A DNA stretch of 60,254 nucleotides, filler included, from Porpidia crustulata (GCA_964255105.1; 5 parts of 5 records of this genome joined end to end with filler, not necessarily neighbours in it); one strand, 5' to 3'. Numbered from the whole stretch's first letter, positions 1 to 11,991 are shown. Program-made: numbers and translations. The notes: a model not told the origin generated them from the sequence alone.

Positions 1-53
1 GGTGGGCGCTGTCTCGTTTGAGGGTGTGTCTCGTTTGAGGGTAGACTACGTTA
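1..53. mobile_element. Terminal inverted repeat end of a Fot1/Pot2 (pogo, Tc1/mariner superfamily) DNA transposon or MITE, cut by the contig start
   Basis: Reverse complement reads TA-ACGTAGTCTACCCTCAAACGAGACACACCCTCAAACGAGACA: ACGT terminus (48-51), flanking TA (52-53) and two identical 16-bp internal direct repeats (10-25, 27-42). This is the usual fungal Fot1-family TIR layout. Only one end is visible. Confidence 0.65.
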
Positions 54-64
54 GCAGAGACTGG

Positions 65-90
65 TAATCGTGGGCACGTGCCCACGATTA
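65..90. repeat. Perfect 26-bp palindrome TAATCGTGGGCACGTGCCCACGATTA with a central CACGTG E-box
   Basis: Exactly self-complementary, read directly from the sequence; about 240 bp upstream of the hydrolase ATG. Confidence 0.9.
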
Positions 91-332
91 TCTTTGTTTC
101 TGAAACGGAAAAAATTACGCCGTTGACTCCGGCGCTAATGAATTTCCAAAGCACAGCTGAAGCATTATTATCATTAAATGTACTTAACCTTACTAATGGC
201 ATATGACTCTACGTACTAAATTGCTCCTTTCTATTTCCGCATGGCTTAAAGCTACTACAATCTTCATAAAATCACACCCCATTCTCGCACTCCTGATTGG
301 GGCTAGACGTGTTCGCGCTTAGATCCAACACA

Positions 333-1511
333 ATGTCAATAATTACTGGACGACGAAGCCAAACGATCCATCGATTTCAACTCCAGTTCAACCGCCATCT
401 AAGCCTGGCCTATGCCCTGCATGAACCCCCCAGGACCAACTTGTCCCCGCGGAATCCGCCTGTAGTCATCATGCATGGTCTGTTCGGGTCAAAACAGAAC
501 AATAGGAGCATCAGTAAGTATGGCTTCTAAAGTTCGCTGGCTGATTGTGCTATGCTGATGTGGATGAACCAGGGCACTAGCACGAGATCTGAAGCGTCCG
601 GTTTACGCTCTCGTACGTTTACCCGCTGACGACATGATTGAAAAACTCGAACTCACGGCATAAGGATCTGCGAAACCACGGCGATTCACCGCATGATCCG
701 GCCCACAATTATATCGCAATGGCCGAAGATGTAGAGGAATTCATAAAACTTCACCACTTGCGATGTCCGGCCTTGATTGGCCATTCTATGTATTTCTCTT
801 GTCTCTTTGTATGAGCGATTGGGGACTAATGGTAATGGCTGGAAAGGGGTGCAAAGGTTGCCATGACGGTGGCTCTCCGGCGTCCGCCATTGATTGGGGC
901 CTTAGTCTCGGTCGACAACGCGCCAGTCGATGCCACCCTTCAGAGCAGTTTTCAAAGATACACTGAAGGATTGCGGGACATTGAATCGGCAAAGGTGACA
1001 CGGCAAACTCAGGCAGACGATATTTTGAAGAATTACGAGGAGGTGAGCAGTGAATGGAATCAACATCCTGCGACATCTCGAGGGGGTTCGTTCTACTGAG
1101 AATGTGTTGTAACTCCCCAGGCCCTTTCCATACGACAATTTCTTCTCACAAATTTGGTCCGCGCGCCGAATGGAGATCACCTCCAAATTCGAATTCCAAT
1201 CAGAACACTTGCTTCGAGCCTCGATTACATGGGAGACTTCCCATTTAGAGACCCAAGCGAAGCACGGTACGAAGGACCGACTCTATTTATCCGTGGCACA
1301 AAAAGTCGTTATGTCCCGGACGATGTTTTGCCACTCATCGGTCAATTCTTTCCGAGATTTGAGTTGACAGACGTTAACTGTGGTCATTGGGTGATATCAG
1401 AAAAGCCTGAACCTTTTCGACAGGGTAACGATTCCCTCTGTGCTATTGTCGGTCATACTGACTTGTTCAGCCGTTGTCGAGTTTCTGCAAAGTCAAGCTG
1501 CCCACGCATGA
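333..1511 (+). CDS. Alpha/beta hydrolase, ABHD11/Imo32-like (6 exons)
   Basis: Spliced translation gives HGLFGSKQNN, DLRNHGDSPH, the GHSMG nucleophile elbow, VDNAP, QFLLTNL and CGHWVISEKP. Introns at about 518-572, 613-664, 790-846, 1043-1120 and 1424-1470; stop TGA 1509-1511. Confidence 0.88.
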
Positions 1512-2093
1512 TCAGTTGCTTCATGACTTCGTTGATGACGGCTTGTACCGAATGGGTCGAGCCCGGACTATCTTGATCCACTACTCTCGGTGGTTCCTCA
1601 TTGGTTCCACGCAGGTTCTTTCAACCTCATGGCATCTTGTGTCTCACCGCGGACTCGTTGGGCTCCGCTCTACGTGGGTGGAGAGGACGCTGGTCGAGTC
1701 GCTTGGGCCCAGTGGCGTTTTGGAGGCTCTAGAGTCTCGTATTTTGTGTGAGTCAAGTATGGTTTGTAACCGACGGCGGAAAGCTATTAGACGGGTTATA
1801 GCATCGATCGACTGTGTCCACCTCCGAAGCGAAATGGAAAACCCATGACCGGAAACTATTAGCTGTCATACTCTGTTATCAGGGAGGTTCTTCGGACAGT
1901 GTAATTTATCCCTTGTATGCTACATGAGAAGGAGATGTTCCACCGAGTTTCAGCCATGAAGATCATTCAAGAGTGGGCAACACAATTGAGATCGCGCCCA
2001 CGAAAGTAGTTTGGTTTCTTGAATACAAAGAGCTAAGTAGCGGGCATAACATTCACATCAAACCACCCCCTTGAACACTATCAGCCATGGCCC

Positions 2094-3102
2094 CTAGACA
2101 CTTTCAAGCACCGTCTCTTTGAATTCCCTCTCCACCTTTTGACCCTGCTCATCCGTTGTTGATTCACCGTGGAGGTTGAGAAGGGCTCCCAGATCAAATT
2201 TGGGCGATTTCAGCAGCTTGACTTTTCGAACGTGAACCTGTGTTGATTATAATTAGTAAGTTCTTCGAAATATTTTGAACCAGAAATCATAATTTGCACG
2301 AGGTTTACGAACATTTTGAAGTGGGTAGATGCCCTGCGTGGCCTTCTCGATTTCGCGACCGATAACCTCAGGTATCAACTTGGTTGTAAGCTGAGATAGT
2401 GTGCAGCTCGACGCTTCGCGCTGAATGATTTCGATCATCTTCTTGCGGATGGCGCGGATCTGTGACGACTGGGCGTATGTAGTTTTCTTGATTTGGTTTG
2501 GTCGCCTCTTGGTAAAGGCAATGGCGAAGAGTCTTAAGAGGTAGTCATCAGTGGTCTTGACTGTAATATTGGCTTCAATGAGGGTCTGCCACTTGCGAAC
2601 CAGCGATCGTAGCTTGTCTGAGGTGAAATCGAGTCCATGGAAATTGGTTAGGCAGTTTTTGCCTTGCACTTCGTCCACTCTCAGCTTGACCTTGCGAAAC
2701 GCATGATCCTCATCTTTCTGCAGATCCGCCAGTGAAACCTCGAATATCCTTCCCTTTAGAGCATCATTCGCATTCTTCAGACCAGTCGTCCTGTTCACCA
2801 ATGTTTTACCAACACTTATAAAACATTAGCACGAGTATTGTCTAACCTGACCGTGGGGTCGAGCTTACTCTCTGACTTGGAACGTAGACGGGGCCTATAT
2901 ACGTGTTAGAAAACCTCCAAGGTTCGGACGCTTCCTACTATTACCTTGACTGAGAACCAATCTTTTCGAGTGAAAGGATCTTGGGTTCTCTTTTTAAGGC
3001 CCTTCTTCCCTTTGGAAAGGCGCTTGTTTCTGTTGGAGCATTAGTGATAATCCTGAGGCCCAAAGATCATCCATAATGGTATACTGACTTTCCAACTGCC
3101 AT
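2094..3102 (-). CDS. RPS1: 40S ribosomal protein eS1 (S1/S3Ae), 5 exons
   Basis: [15 protein letters not shown] start, [40 protein letters not shown] and C-terminal [14 protein letters not shown]...ETVLESV*, with four canonical introns. Confidence 0.97.
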
Positions 3103-3795
3103 AATTGCGATAGATCTCACGCTCTGTTATTCAGACGAGATAGTTACTCAAATGGTAGTTATGTGGGCTATCCTGAATATCCCTGTGAAAGCAACGACGA
3201 TTTAGCGAGACACTAGTATTAATCGAGCCTAGACTAAGGGCGATAAAGTACCTACCACTGGTACCTCCATGATAATTGAAGTCACCATCTACGATTCAAG
3301 CTGAGTACTGATGTCCCCACCCAAGAATAGTCTCCAAAATCAGATACCCATAAGCCCATATTCTGAACATTTCTCAAAACATCACCCACAGATTTGCATC
3401 TGTTTTGGTCGAGAAGAGCCACCAAGATCGTGGCTTTTAAGTAAACCTTTGGCCCATTATGTTGATCCTACAGCATTCTCTATGTCTAAAATTTAGCGCC
3501 TTATTCATGTTTCTAGTCTGTGCCGCTTCTCATTCCCCTCCCTGCTTCATGCACATGCAGATTTCACTGGCTAGGACCCTCCGAATGCCAGTGGAAGTCA
3601 TTCAGCTATCGCGAGGACGATCGCTAAAGACTCCGAATGGTATAAGCGCCTTCATCATTCGAAGAGAAGAAGATCTTAGACACTTCTTGATTATCATAGC
3701 CGAAGTTTTCACGATTCAAATGACAATTTTGATGACAGGTAGTTGGCCTACTTACTTTGGATAAGGCTAAGCTGGTGGAGATTTGCTGGCGCTCG

Positions 3796-5388
3796 TTAGT
3801 GGTCTACATCCTCCCATGCGCGTCCCCGTACTTCGGACAATTCGGCCATATTCATGACTTTGCCAGTCGTGAAGTATCCGGCATGAATTTTGGCATCGAT
3901 TTCCACCCTGCTGTCTTCTGGAATGAGCTCATCTGGGATCGGAACCCGCTCACGAATGGGTATGCCTTGCTCTACAATAGCGTCGTGCTTCATGTTTGAC
4001 ATGCTAAGCATTCGGTCGATCTTGGTGATGCCCAGCCAATGGAGAATATCAGGCATCAGGGCTTGGAACCGCATATCCTTGACTCCGGCAATGCTCTCAG
4101 TTCTCTTAAAATACTCACTTGCACGGTCTGTTCCACGTTTGCGAGCATTGTAGACGAGATACTTGGTCACTTCCCCTAAAGCTCGACCCTCCTTACGGAA
4201 ATAGATGACAACACCACTGCCTCCTTGCTGTGCCTCTTTGACAGCCTCTTCGACTCCGAAGATCAGATAGGGGCGGCACGTGCAGATATCCGAGCCAAAA
4301 ACATCACTCCCGTTACATTCATCATGCACACGCAGAGCCAGCCGGACGTTGGCATCAGACATCTTCTTAGGATCCCCAAAGCAGTAAACGGTCAATCCGC
4401 CTATAGGAGGTAGAAATAGCTTGATGTCACTGCGGGTGATAAGCTCGGGAAAAGAACCTCCAGTATTCTCAAAAAGAGACCTCCGTAACGCACCCTCATC
4501 GATTCCGAATCGATCGGCGACTCCAGGCAGATACCAGACTGGCTCAACGGCGAATTTAGTGACCGCAAGCTCGCCCGTGTCGTTCAAACAGATCTTGCCA
4601 TCGGGGATGAGGCGCCCAGCGCGAACGCTTTGTTCAAGCTCTGGAAGCTTCATGTGAGCTTTTGTAATCGCGATCGTTGGCCTGATGTGTATGTTTTCTT
4701 CACGTAGTAAATCCGAGAAAAGCCACGGAGCTCGATGTCCCAAAGGGTCCATCGATACAATTTTCTTACTATCGGCCCATTGAGGGAACGCTCCTATGTC
4801 AACAGCTGGCTCTGTATTTGTAAAGTCAGGCTTGTGTTCCACATCAAGATTCTTACTTGCAACAGCGAGTGCATGGTAGATGGAATAGGAGCCACCATGT
4901 GCACCGATTGCGTTACGCCGTCTAATAGTACTCTGACTCCGTGAAACAACAACCGGACCCCGATGCATAGGATCCTTATGACCCCAATGCATTGGTAGGG
5001 GGTCGATTCCAGATTGTCCGGGATATGTGGTGAGTATTATTCGTGAACTGGTGCTTCGTCCAGGAATATGATGCTTCCCAATAGGGGTAGCATCATGCAC
5101 ATTCTCTGAAGCGATAAGTTTTGGGGAATATGTGAGCGGTGTTGAAATCTTAGAGGAAGGTTGCTCATCCACGGGGGTAGTTCCTGGCATCTCTTTACCT
5201 GGTTGCATTTCATGCTTGGCGGCATCTTGCAATTGTCTGAGGCCAGCCAAGATGCTGACCCGTGCTTCGATCGTTTCTACAGCTGTAGAGAGCTGCTGAT
5301 AGTCATTTTGCATAGATTGAAGTGTTCTGCAGATCTGGCTCAATAGATCAAACTGAGTAGAGCTTGGCTCTGGGATATCTGAAGGCAT
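3796..5388 (-). CDS. URC1: GTP cyclohydrolase II-like uracil-regulated protein (Urg1/Urc1 family)
   Basis: Intronless ORF with first ATG at 5388. N-terminal RNAIGAHGGSYSIYHALA/PDFTNTEP domain plus GCH-II domain RVHDECNGSDVFGSDICTCRPYL (three Zn cysteines), YFRKEGRALGEVTKYLVYNAR and EIDAKIHAGY. Confidence 0.9.
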   Translation of the reverse strand: MPSDIPEPSSTQFDLLSQICRTLQSMQNDYQQLSTAVETIEARVSILAGLRQLQDAAKHEMQPGKEMPGTTPVDEQPSSKISTPLTYSPKLIASENVHDATPIGKHHIPGRSTSSRIILTTYPGQSGIDPLPMHWGHKDPMHRGPVVVSRSQSTIRRRNAIGAHGGSYSIYHALAVASKNLDVEHKPDFTNTEPAVDIGAFPQWADSKKIVSMDPLGHRAPWLFSDLLREENIHIRPTIAITKAHMKLPELEQSVRAGRLIPDGKICLNDTGELAVTKFAVEPVWYLPGVADRFGIDEGALRRSLFENTGGSFPELITRSDIKLFLPPIGGLTVYCFGDPKKMSDANVRLALRVHDECNGSDVFGSDICTCRPYLIFGVEEAVKEAQQGGSGVVIYFRKEGRALGEVTKYLVYNARKRGTDRASEYFKRTESIAGVKDMRFQALMPDILHWLGITKIDRMLSMSNMKHDAIVEQGIPIRERVPIPDELIPEDSRVEIDAKIHAGYFTTGKVMNMAELSEVRGRAWEDVDH

Positions 5389-5663
5389 AACAACAGGATC
5401 ACAATTGTACGATATACGAACAGAAGCCAAGCTTCATCAATTCCCTGGACCAAGTCATTCAGTAACATACGATTAGATAGCTCATCCTAGAACTGATATG
5501 TATCTTCTGACAATAAAGAATGGTATGTCGATAGCTTGTCACATGCGGTAAATCGCGCTTAATGTAGACGCGCGCTGATTGTCTCAAATTTGTTTAAATA
5601 TGATTATTCGAGACTAACCTTTGCATATGCTACCTACCTCGGAATTCGTCTCCAAATTAGACC

Positions 5664-6275
5664 ATGGTATGTGCTACCTTAAAAGCTTGGCCAATCTAAT
5701 TTGACTTCTCGAGCAGGGGAAACGTAAGAAATCATCACAGAAACCTCAAGGTCCGAAGAAGGTACTCAGTAACTCAAAGCAATCCAATCAAGTCATACTG
5801 ATACCCTCTTTACCAGAAAGAACCTCTACCCACCATATTTCCATGCCTCTTCTGTAATCACGCCTCTTCTGTATCGGTGAAAATGGATAAGAAAGCAGGA
5901 ATTGGTGAACTTTCATGCAAAGTGTGTGGCCAGCAGTTCCAGACCGGAATAAATTGTACGTCCAGCTATTGATTTGCTTTTGATTAGGCCCATTGGTCTG
6001 CGCTTGAAGCTACCGGCACTGATCATCAAAACCTTGACATCACAGACCTCTCGGCGGGAGTAGATGTATACTCTGACTGGGTTGATGCATGCGACGCCGT
6101 TGCAAAAGAGGCGGCCGACGTTTCCAAGGCCGATGATGGTATCAGCTCCTATAACGACCTTATTGCGAACGATAGTGGGAGAAGAAATTCCGATATGCAG
6201 ATTGATCGGCATTTAGTAGCTGCCGTCGAGGATGACGAGAGGAGTGGTGAACGGGAATATGACGGTGATGAGTAG
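5664..6275 (+). CDS. ELF1: Transcription elongation factor Elf1 (Zn ribbon), 4 exons; absent from the ORF track
   Basis: Exons 5664-5666 (ATG only), 5717-5761, 5817-5955 and 6046-6275 splice to [84 protein letters not shown] plus an acidic tail. All introns are GT-AG. Confidence 0.95.
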
Positions 6276-6718
6276 TGACAGCATTCTGGGGTATCATTTG
6301 TAAGGCTCATGTGTTTCGGTGCAATTTTGGACCTGAAAGATTATTGGCGGATGGTTGGCGATAGGCGTTTACCAATAAAAGGAGATCTTGGCTCAGAAAT
6401 TAGGTCACCGCAGTTTGCATCGAACACATTAAACACAGCTTAGATTTAAACCCTCCTGAAAGCTGTCCACTGGAAATTCAGGGACTGACTACAGGATCTA
6501 ATCGCGTTAATTGGGTTTCTCGTGCTTTGGGAATTAGCTTGGACTACTCTGAGGCTACAGTGATTGGCAGACGGGGGGTTTCGAAGAAGGGATGAGCTGC
6601 GGCGCAAAATGACGCCTTTTATCGAGATAACCGACAGTAGACTGACAGGTTTTATGTTCGAGCGGATTGAACACACACTTTGAAAGCCTGATGACTTGGT
6701 GAATAGGGTCTTAAGTCA

Positions 6719-7639
6719 TTAAAGGGTGTAGAATCGATCGCCAAAGTCACCTAGTCCTGGCACAATATAGCTGGTTTCCTTTGTCAGTGCAAACATTGCT
6801 ACAATATCCAGGGTCCAACGTACTTCTTCTCGTCCAAGCCTTGATCGACGAATGCTGTGACAACCCTTAATTTCGGAAACCGCTTAGCAAAGCTGTTCAC
6901 ACCCTCCGGGCTTGCAATTAAATTCAAGAATAGAATACGGTTTTCTGGAACGCCTCGCGATTTCAAGACATCAACAGCCATCGTTGCTGATCCTCCTTTA
7001 CGCTGATATCAGTGGTGACGAATACAAAGTCGACATTGAGCCTACCTGTAGCGAACATAGGGTCTAATAGTAAAACCCATCTTTCGGCAATGTCTTCTGG
7101 TAGCTTGTCGTAGAAGAGTCTAGGCTTACTAGTGTCTTCATCTCGCTGAATCAGGATTTTCCCAATGCGTACTGAGCGGCAGCAGTCACGCAACCCCTGC
7201 TCCATAGCCTCCCCAGCGCGCATAATTGATACCCCACATATTTTGCCCTGGAATTTCACTCCTGAATAAGAGCGCCCAACCGGCGTAGTGATCGCATGCT
7301 CGATGACGGGAAGATGATTGAGCCCCTCTTCAACCAGCAGGCGAATTATTCGATTGGAATAAAAGATGAAATCAGCTCTCGCAGTATCTTTATCGCGGAT
7401 CATACTAAATTCCAGTCGGCTTATGACATACGGTAGGAGGCGAACATATGGGCTTGCTATAGTAGTATCGGATTGAGAAATTGGACATACGTAAGTAGAG
7501 CAATCAGCTGAGGCGTTTGAGGTAATATGTGTACGTTTTCATACGAAATCGGCGTCGATACGGTTGCAATGGGCTTCTGTGCCTCTGGACGGTAGTCAGG
7601 CCCAACGCAATGCGCGGGAGCAATGGAGTTGTTGAGCAT
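6719..7639 (-). CDS. FUR1: Uracil phosphoribosyltransferase (Fur1/Urc6/Urg2 family), 4 exons
   Basis: LPQTPQLIALLT|MIRD, DFIFYSNRIIRLLVEEGLNHLP, SIMRAGEAMEQGLRDCCRSVRIGKILIQRDE, PRPP motif LLLDPMFATGGS and C-terminal YIVPGLGDFGDRFYTL*. Introns 7405-7490, 6996-7045 and 6771-6823. Confidence 0.95.
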
Positions 7640-7941
7640 TTGGCCGATGATCGTATGGCCCAAGCAAGAATAGGAGGGATGTGTGATAGCCTGGTCTACA
7701 GCAGGAATTGCGAGTAGTCAACTAAGCCTTTTTCCGCTTCATTCGGGATCGATCCCTCGGACAAGAAGTTAAGTATTGCAAGTATGGTTTCAGAAGACAG
7801 ATTTCAATTTGACAGCATAGATAGTATACCTAAGTCCAGATGAATAACAAGGCAAGTGGAGTAGATCAGTAGCTTTCCTCCGTATCTGAGACTACTCGTT
7901 CCCACCCCTCATCGGACCACCCCAATCAAAATATGTGGCTA

Positions 7942-7955
7942 TAACCCTAACCCTA
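7942..7955 (+). promoter_or_regulatory. Telomere-like motif TAACCCTAACCCTA in the divergent UPRT/WAPL intergenic region
   Basis: About 2.3 units of CCCTAA; the same motif recurs at 38277-38288 and 47787-47799, each upstream of a gene start. Confidence 0.45.
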
Positions 7956-8374
7956 GATGTAGTGGTCCGGTGAGGGGTGGAAACGAGTAGGTAGAGTGGT
8001 AGAGTATGGGTAGCCCTCGGGTCGCGCCGCTTGTGGCTGTGCTGAATAAAATACACTGGCACGATTGGCCCTGTCATTGTTTGGTGTGTTTGCGCACCTT
8101 TCCCTGTTTGGTGAACGTTGAACTTGCACGCTTCCGCAAGCAATTCCATCGACCATCGAGGCTGCTTCGTCTAACACTTTCTCATTCCCACTGACGCTGT
8201 CCGCCCCCAATCACACTCACTCCAGCTTTTATACATATATGACTACCATGAAAGGCATTCATCAGATTGTGATATCAGGGCGAAGATCGCTTCACTGATG
8301 TTGAATGAGAATCAACAAGCAGCCCGCTGGCCTTCGTAATATCTTCTCTAATTTCAGCTTCTCAAAGGACGACC

Positions 8375-11300
8375 ATGGTACTTTCAGGTACCCTCTCCCA
8401 TCGAAAGCCTGTGACTTATGGCAAGAGGTCGCGCACTCATATGCCACTTCGCAGCCCTAGAGCGGACGATGAATTTGGTGCGAACCAAATGCAAATCCAT
8501 TGGGGCGATACGAAACCTAAAAAAATCCGAAGAGCAGGAGCTCAATTATCCTCGAAACGAAGTATTATTAATGTAAGCGATAGTGGAGCTAGAACGACAA
8601 CCGAAGCATGGACTCCGAGCATTTCCAAGTCTTCCCCAAGAGAGCAACAGAGTGCATTAATAAGGCCGAAAACTGTACAAATTACTTCTCTGATCTCTTC
8701 GAACTCGGAAATGGATACTCTTTATGATGTGCCCTCTTCCAACGAGGAACGTGGAAGAAAATTTGGCTCACATGGTCCTACGGTTGGAAAGAGAAGGAAG
8801 ACCAACTCGGTTGAGGAGTCTGAGGAGGCTATCTACGTCTACGACGATCAAACATTGCAACAGCACATTGCGATTGAGGTCTATAACAATTCGAAGCAAA
8901 CTTTACCAAGTAACGCGCAGGTTAATAGGGACCGCAATCCGCGATGGAGCCAAGACATCGCGCATGAAGAGCATGGGATTCAGGACGTTTGGGCCCCCAA
9001 AAAGAGTCAAAGTCGGCCAATTTCGCGGGCCACCCCCAAGCCCTCCCGGGTCGCACCAAAAGATGTTGCACCTCGTGCCAAAATACCCTCTACATTTGTG
9101 GCCTCAAAAATACTTGAATCGAAGAGTCCCACGACTAGTGGCGACGAAATCACCAAGACTGATTCAAGCGAAGCTATGATCATGTCTCATAAACCTCAAA
9201 GATTGGACGAAAGTCATTCGGTGAGCTTCAAGTCACCTAGATCACCCCCAGAGAAAACCAAGAAAATTGGGCGACGAAGGTCGAGAGATATGAATGATCA
9301 CTCCTCGTCTTTGACAAATTCCATTACACAACCGCAAACTCCACCACAGACTCCACCTAGGTCTCTCAAATCCGTAAGCGGGACTGCAACCCCTCGACAA
9401 CCTGACTTGTGGGGAATGTTGCTCAAAGAAGACAGCCGGACCTTGAGCCCCGATAGCCTTGATTTGCCAAACCTTAAGATCATAAGCCCAAAGCGACAAC
9501 AGAATCCTGCCTATCGCTCAAGTAAACAAATGTCAAAGAACGCCGCCCGACCACTACTTTCAGTGCAAACGTCACGTCGGCGACTCGTGGATAATTTGCA
9601 GCGTGTTGATGAGGACGACTTCAATACTCCAAATGGCTTGGATGAGACAACGACCAGCGACGACAACTACGATTCCAGTGATGGTCAATTCCAAGCACCG
9701 ACCAAGGATAGCACCTTCCTGAGAGAAGGCTCGCAGACTACCAATGCCCAGAGTACTAGACTACAAGCCTGTAAACCCGCCTTTCCCGCAGTGGTCCAAC
9801 CATTATCCCAAGCAGGCAGTCTCAAAGTGACTTACGCTCGCCAAAGATCGTATCTTACTGACGAAGATCTTGGGGAAGTTGCCATGTTCAACATGCCAAT
9901 CACGCGTGAGACAACGACCGGTGGTCATCAAGGATACAGAAGGATCAGAGCTACAGCGGCTCAGCTTAAACCTGCCAAAGTCCAAAACGATGAGATGGAC
10001 GAGATTGAGTCTTCGCAAGGCGGCATAATTAGAAGTATCCACGAATTACGCGAAGCAGGTGGCACAGTCCGTCTAATCAGCGAGATGGAGACAACGCTTG
10101 ATGAAATCAATGAGCAGAACATAGTATCGGTCCCGCTCAAGCGTACTACGTTACTAGATCTTGCTATCAAACTTCAAGATACTTCCTTCTGTCATCTCTT
10201 TGTTGGCCAAGGGCTGGAATCGCGCCTCTTAGCCAGTGTTGGCGTCAGCAACGATATCATCATCAAAACTCTATACACAGTCGTAATATGGCATCTCTTA
10301 CTTGACCAAACGTCGATCCAGACTCTACCCCGAATCAGCGCAGAGAGTGTTATCAATCATCTCGTTGGACTTCTCGACAATGACTGCGATCTTGCACAGT
10401 CTCTTCGAGACCGCGAATTGAACATGTCTAAGCTCGCCCAATTAGACTTCAAGAAATTCTTTGACTCGCTAATAAACTCCCCAAATTGGCGAGCTGGGAG
10501 CCCCCCCATATTGACACTTCGTGCGCTATCTTTACATTGCCTTGAGTGTCTTGTTCGCCAGACAAGAGAGACTGGCTCAGATGCCGAAATATTAACTCCC
10601 CAGGCTGTGAAGAAAATTGTGAAGCTGTTGAGACCAACTGAACCCAGCAAATCAATGCATTTACCCGCAAAAGCAATGACAGTAGACCTTCAGCTTGCTG
10701 TATCAGTCCTGGAGTCTTTCACACTGGTTGAATCAGCTTCAGCGTCAGATCGTCTGTGGACTGGCGATACCCTTGACACAGTCGTTGACCTCCTGCCACT
10801 CTTGGTTTCAACCATGGATCAGGCATATGCCACTTTACGAACGTTGTTACTCCGGCTCTACTTAAACATAACGAACAACAATGCACAACTTTGCAAGGCC
10901 TGTTCAAGGCCAAATCTTATCAGCGCCGTGTTGGATATTGTTACGTCGCACTTCCAATACCTCTCGGACAACGCAATGTACACAGAGCAACCATCAATTT
11001 TGGATAATCTGATCCTATCATTGGGATTTTTAGTTAACCTCGCTGAATGGTGTGACGACCTTGGACACATGGTCCTCCAACTCCGCAGTCGAGACGCAAC
11101 CTTTCTGGACAACCTGCTGGCAATTTTTATGGCTAATCTCGAGAACACCGGCGAGGTAGGGCTTCTTTCTCCCACGACCACGTGACAAAGCTAATTGGAT
11201 CAGGTTCTATCTGAGAAGGAGACTAGCTCTAATGTTGCGTTCGGCTACTTGTCTGTAGTACTCTGCTACTTGTGCAGAAATGGTATTGTCAGTGCGCGAG

Positions 11301-11470
11301 TAAGCTCTCGCCTCGAGGGAGGGACTTTGGAGCCGCTCCTGGACGCCGTGGAGGAATTTCTGAGCTTCCACAAGAAGGTCGATGAGGAGAGCGCTGGAAG
11401 TGACGGGGATTTGGATTTTAGGGCGGGCTTTACAAGCCGTCTACAAAACATTGTTGAGGGCTTAAAGTAG
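8375..11470 (+). CDS. WAPL: Wings apart-like cohesin release factor (Wapl/Wpl1/Rad61)
   Basis: Long disordered N-terminus with TYGKR and KVTYARQRSYL, then IRSIHELREAG, a helical domain with LRLYLNITNNN and LILSLGFLVNLAE, and after intron 11156-11203 SNVAFGYLSVVLCYLC. Confidence 0.85.
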
Positions 11471-11991
11471 GGTTCAATTACACTAAGTAGTATCGCGTGC
11501 TATGAGCGTGCGTCCAACTGCCAGGGAACGGCAATGCAGCATATAAGTATGGCAAGGCCCGGGTCATCGGGTAGACCAAGAAGATGAAATCAATGGCAAT
11601 TTTCCCGCATGACCACGAGCCTCTCCGCAAATTCGCAAACATGAAAGCTACAAAATTTGCCATCAGAGCAGCTTCTTGAGTATTGCTGTCTGGGGAAGCC
11701 GACGTGACAATTGCTGCGGGACTCCCTGCGAGCGACTGGCGCACCAAGGATACTCTTCGATCCGCATGTAATCGTAGTCAAGTTGCAAGCGTAAGGAAAG
11801 GCTCTGTACTACGCTTCATTGCTTTATGCGACCGCTGACAAGACGCCTAGGCATAGATGCTCCTCTGTAGATCTGCTTCATCTATGCGCGATGCGAGTTC
11901 CCTACCGTACATTCTGTGAGGTAAGGCACAATTACCTTGTACCCACAACGCGATGTACCTTGTACCCACTGCTGTTTGTGTTGCTTGATGC

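Noticed and set aside
5913..6212. 99-aa minus-strand ORF between URC1 and UPRT as a cluster gene
   Set aside because: It is the antisense shadow of ELF1 exons 3-4.
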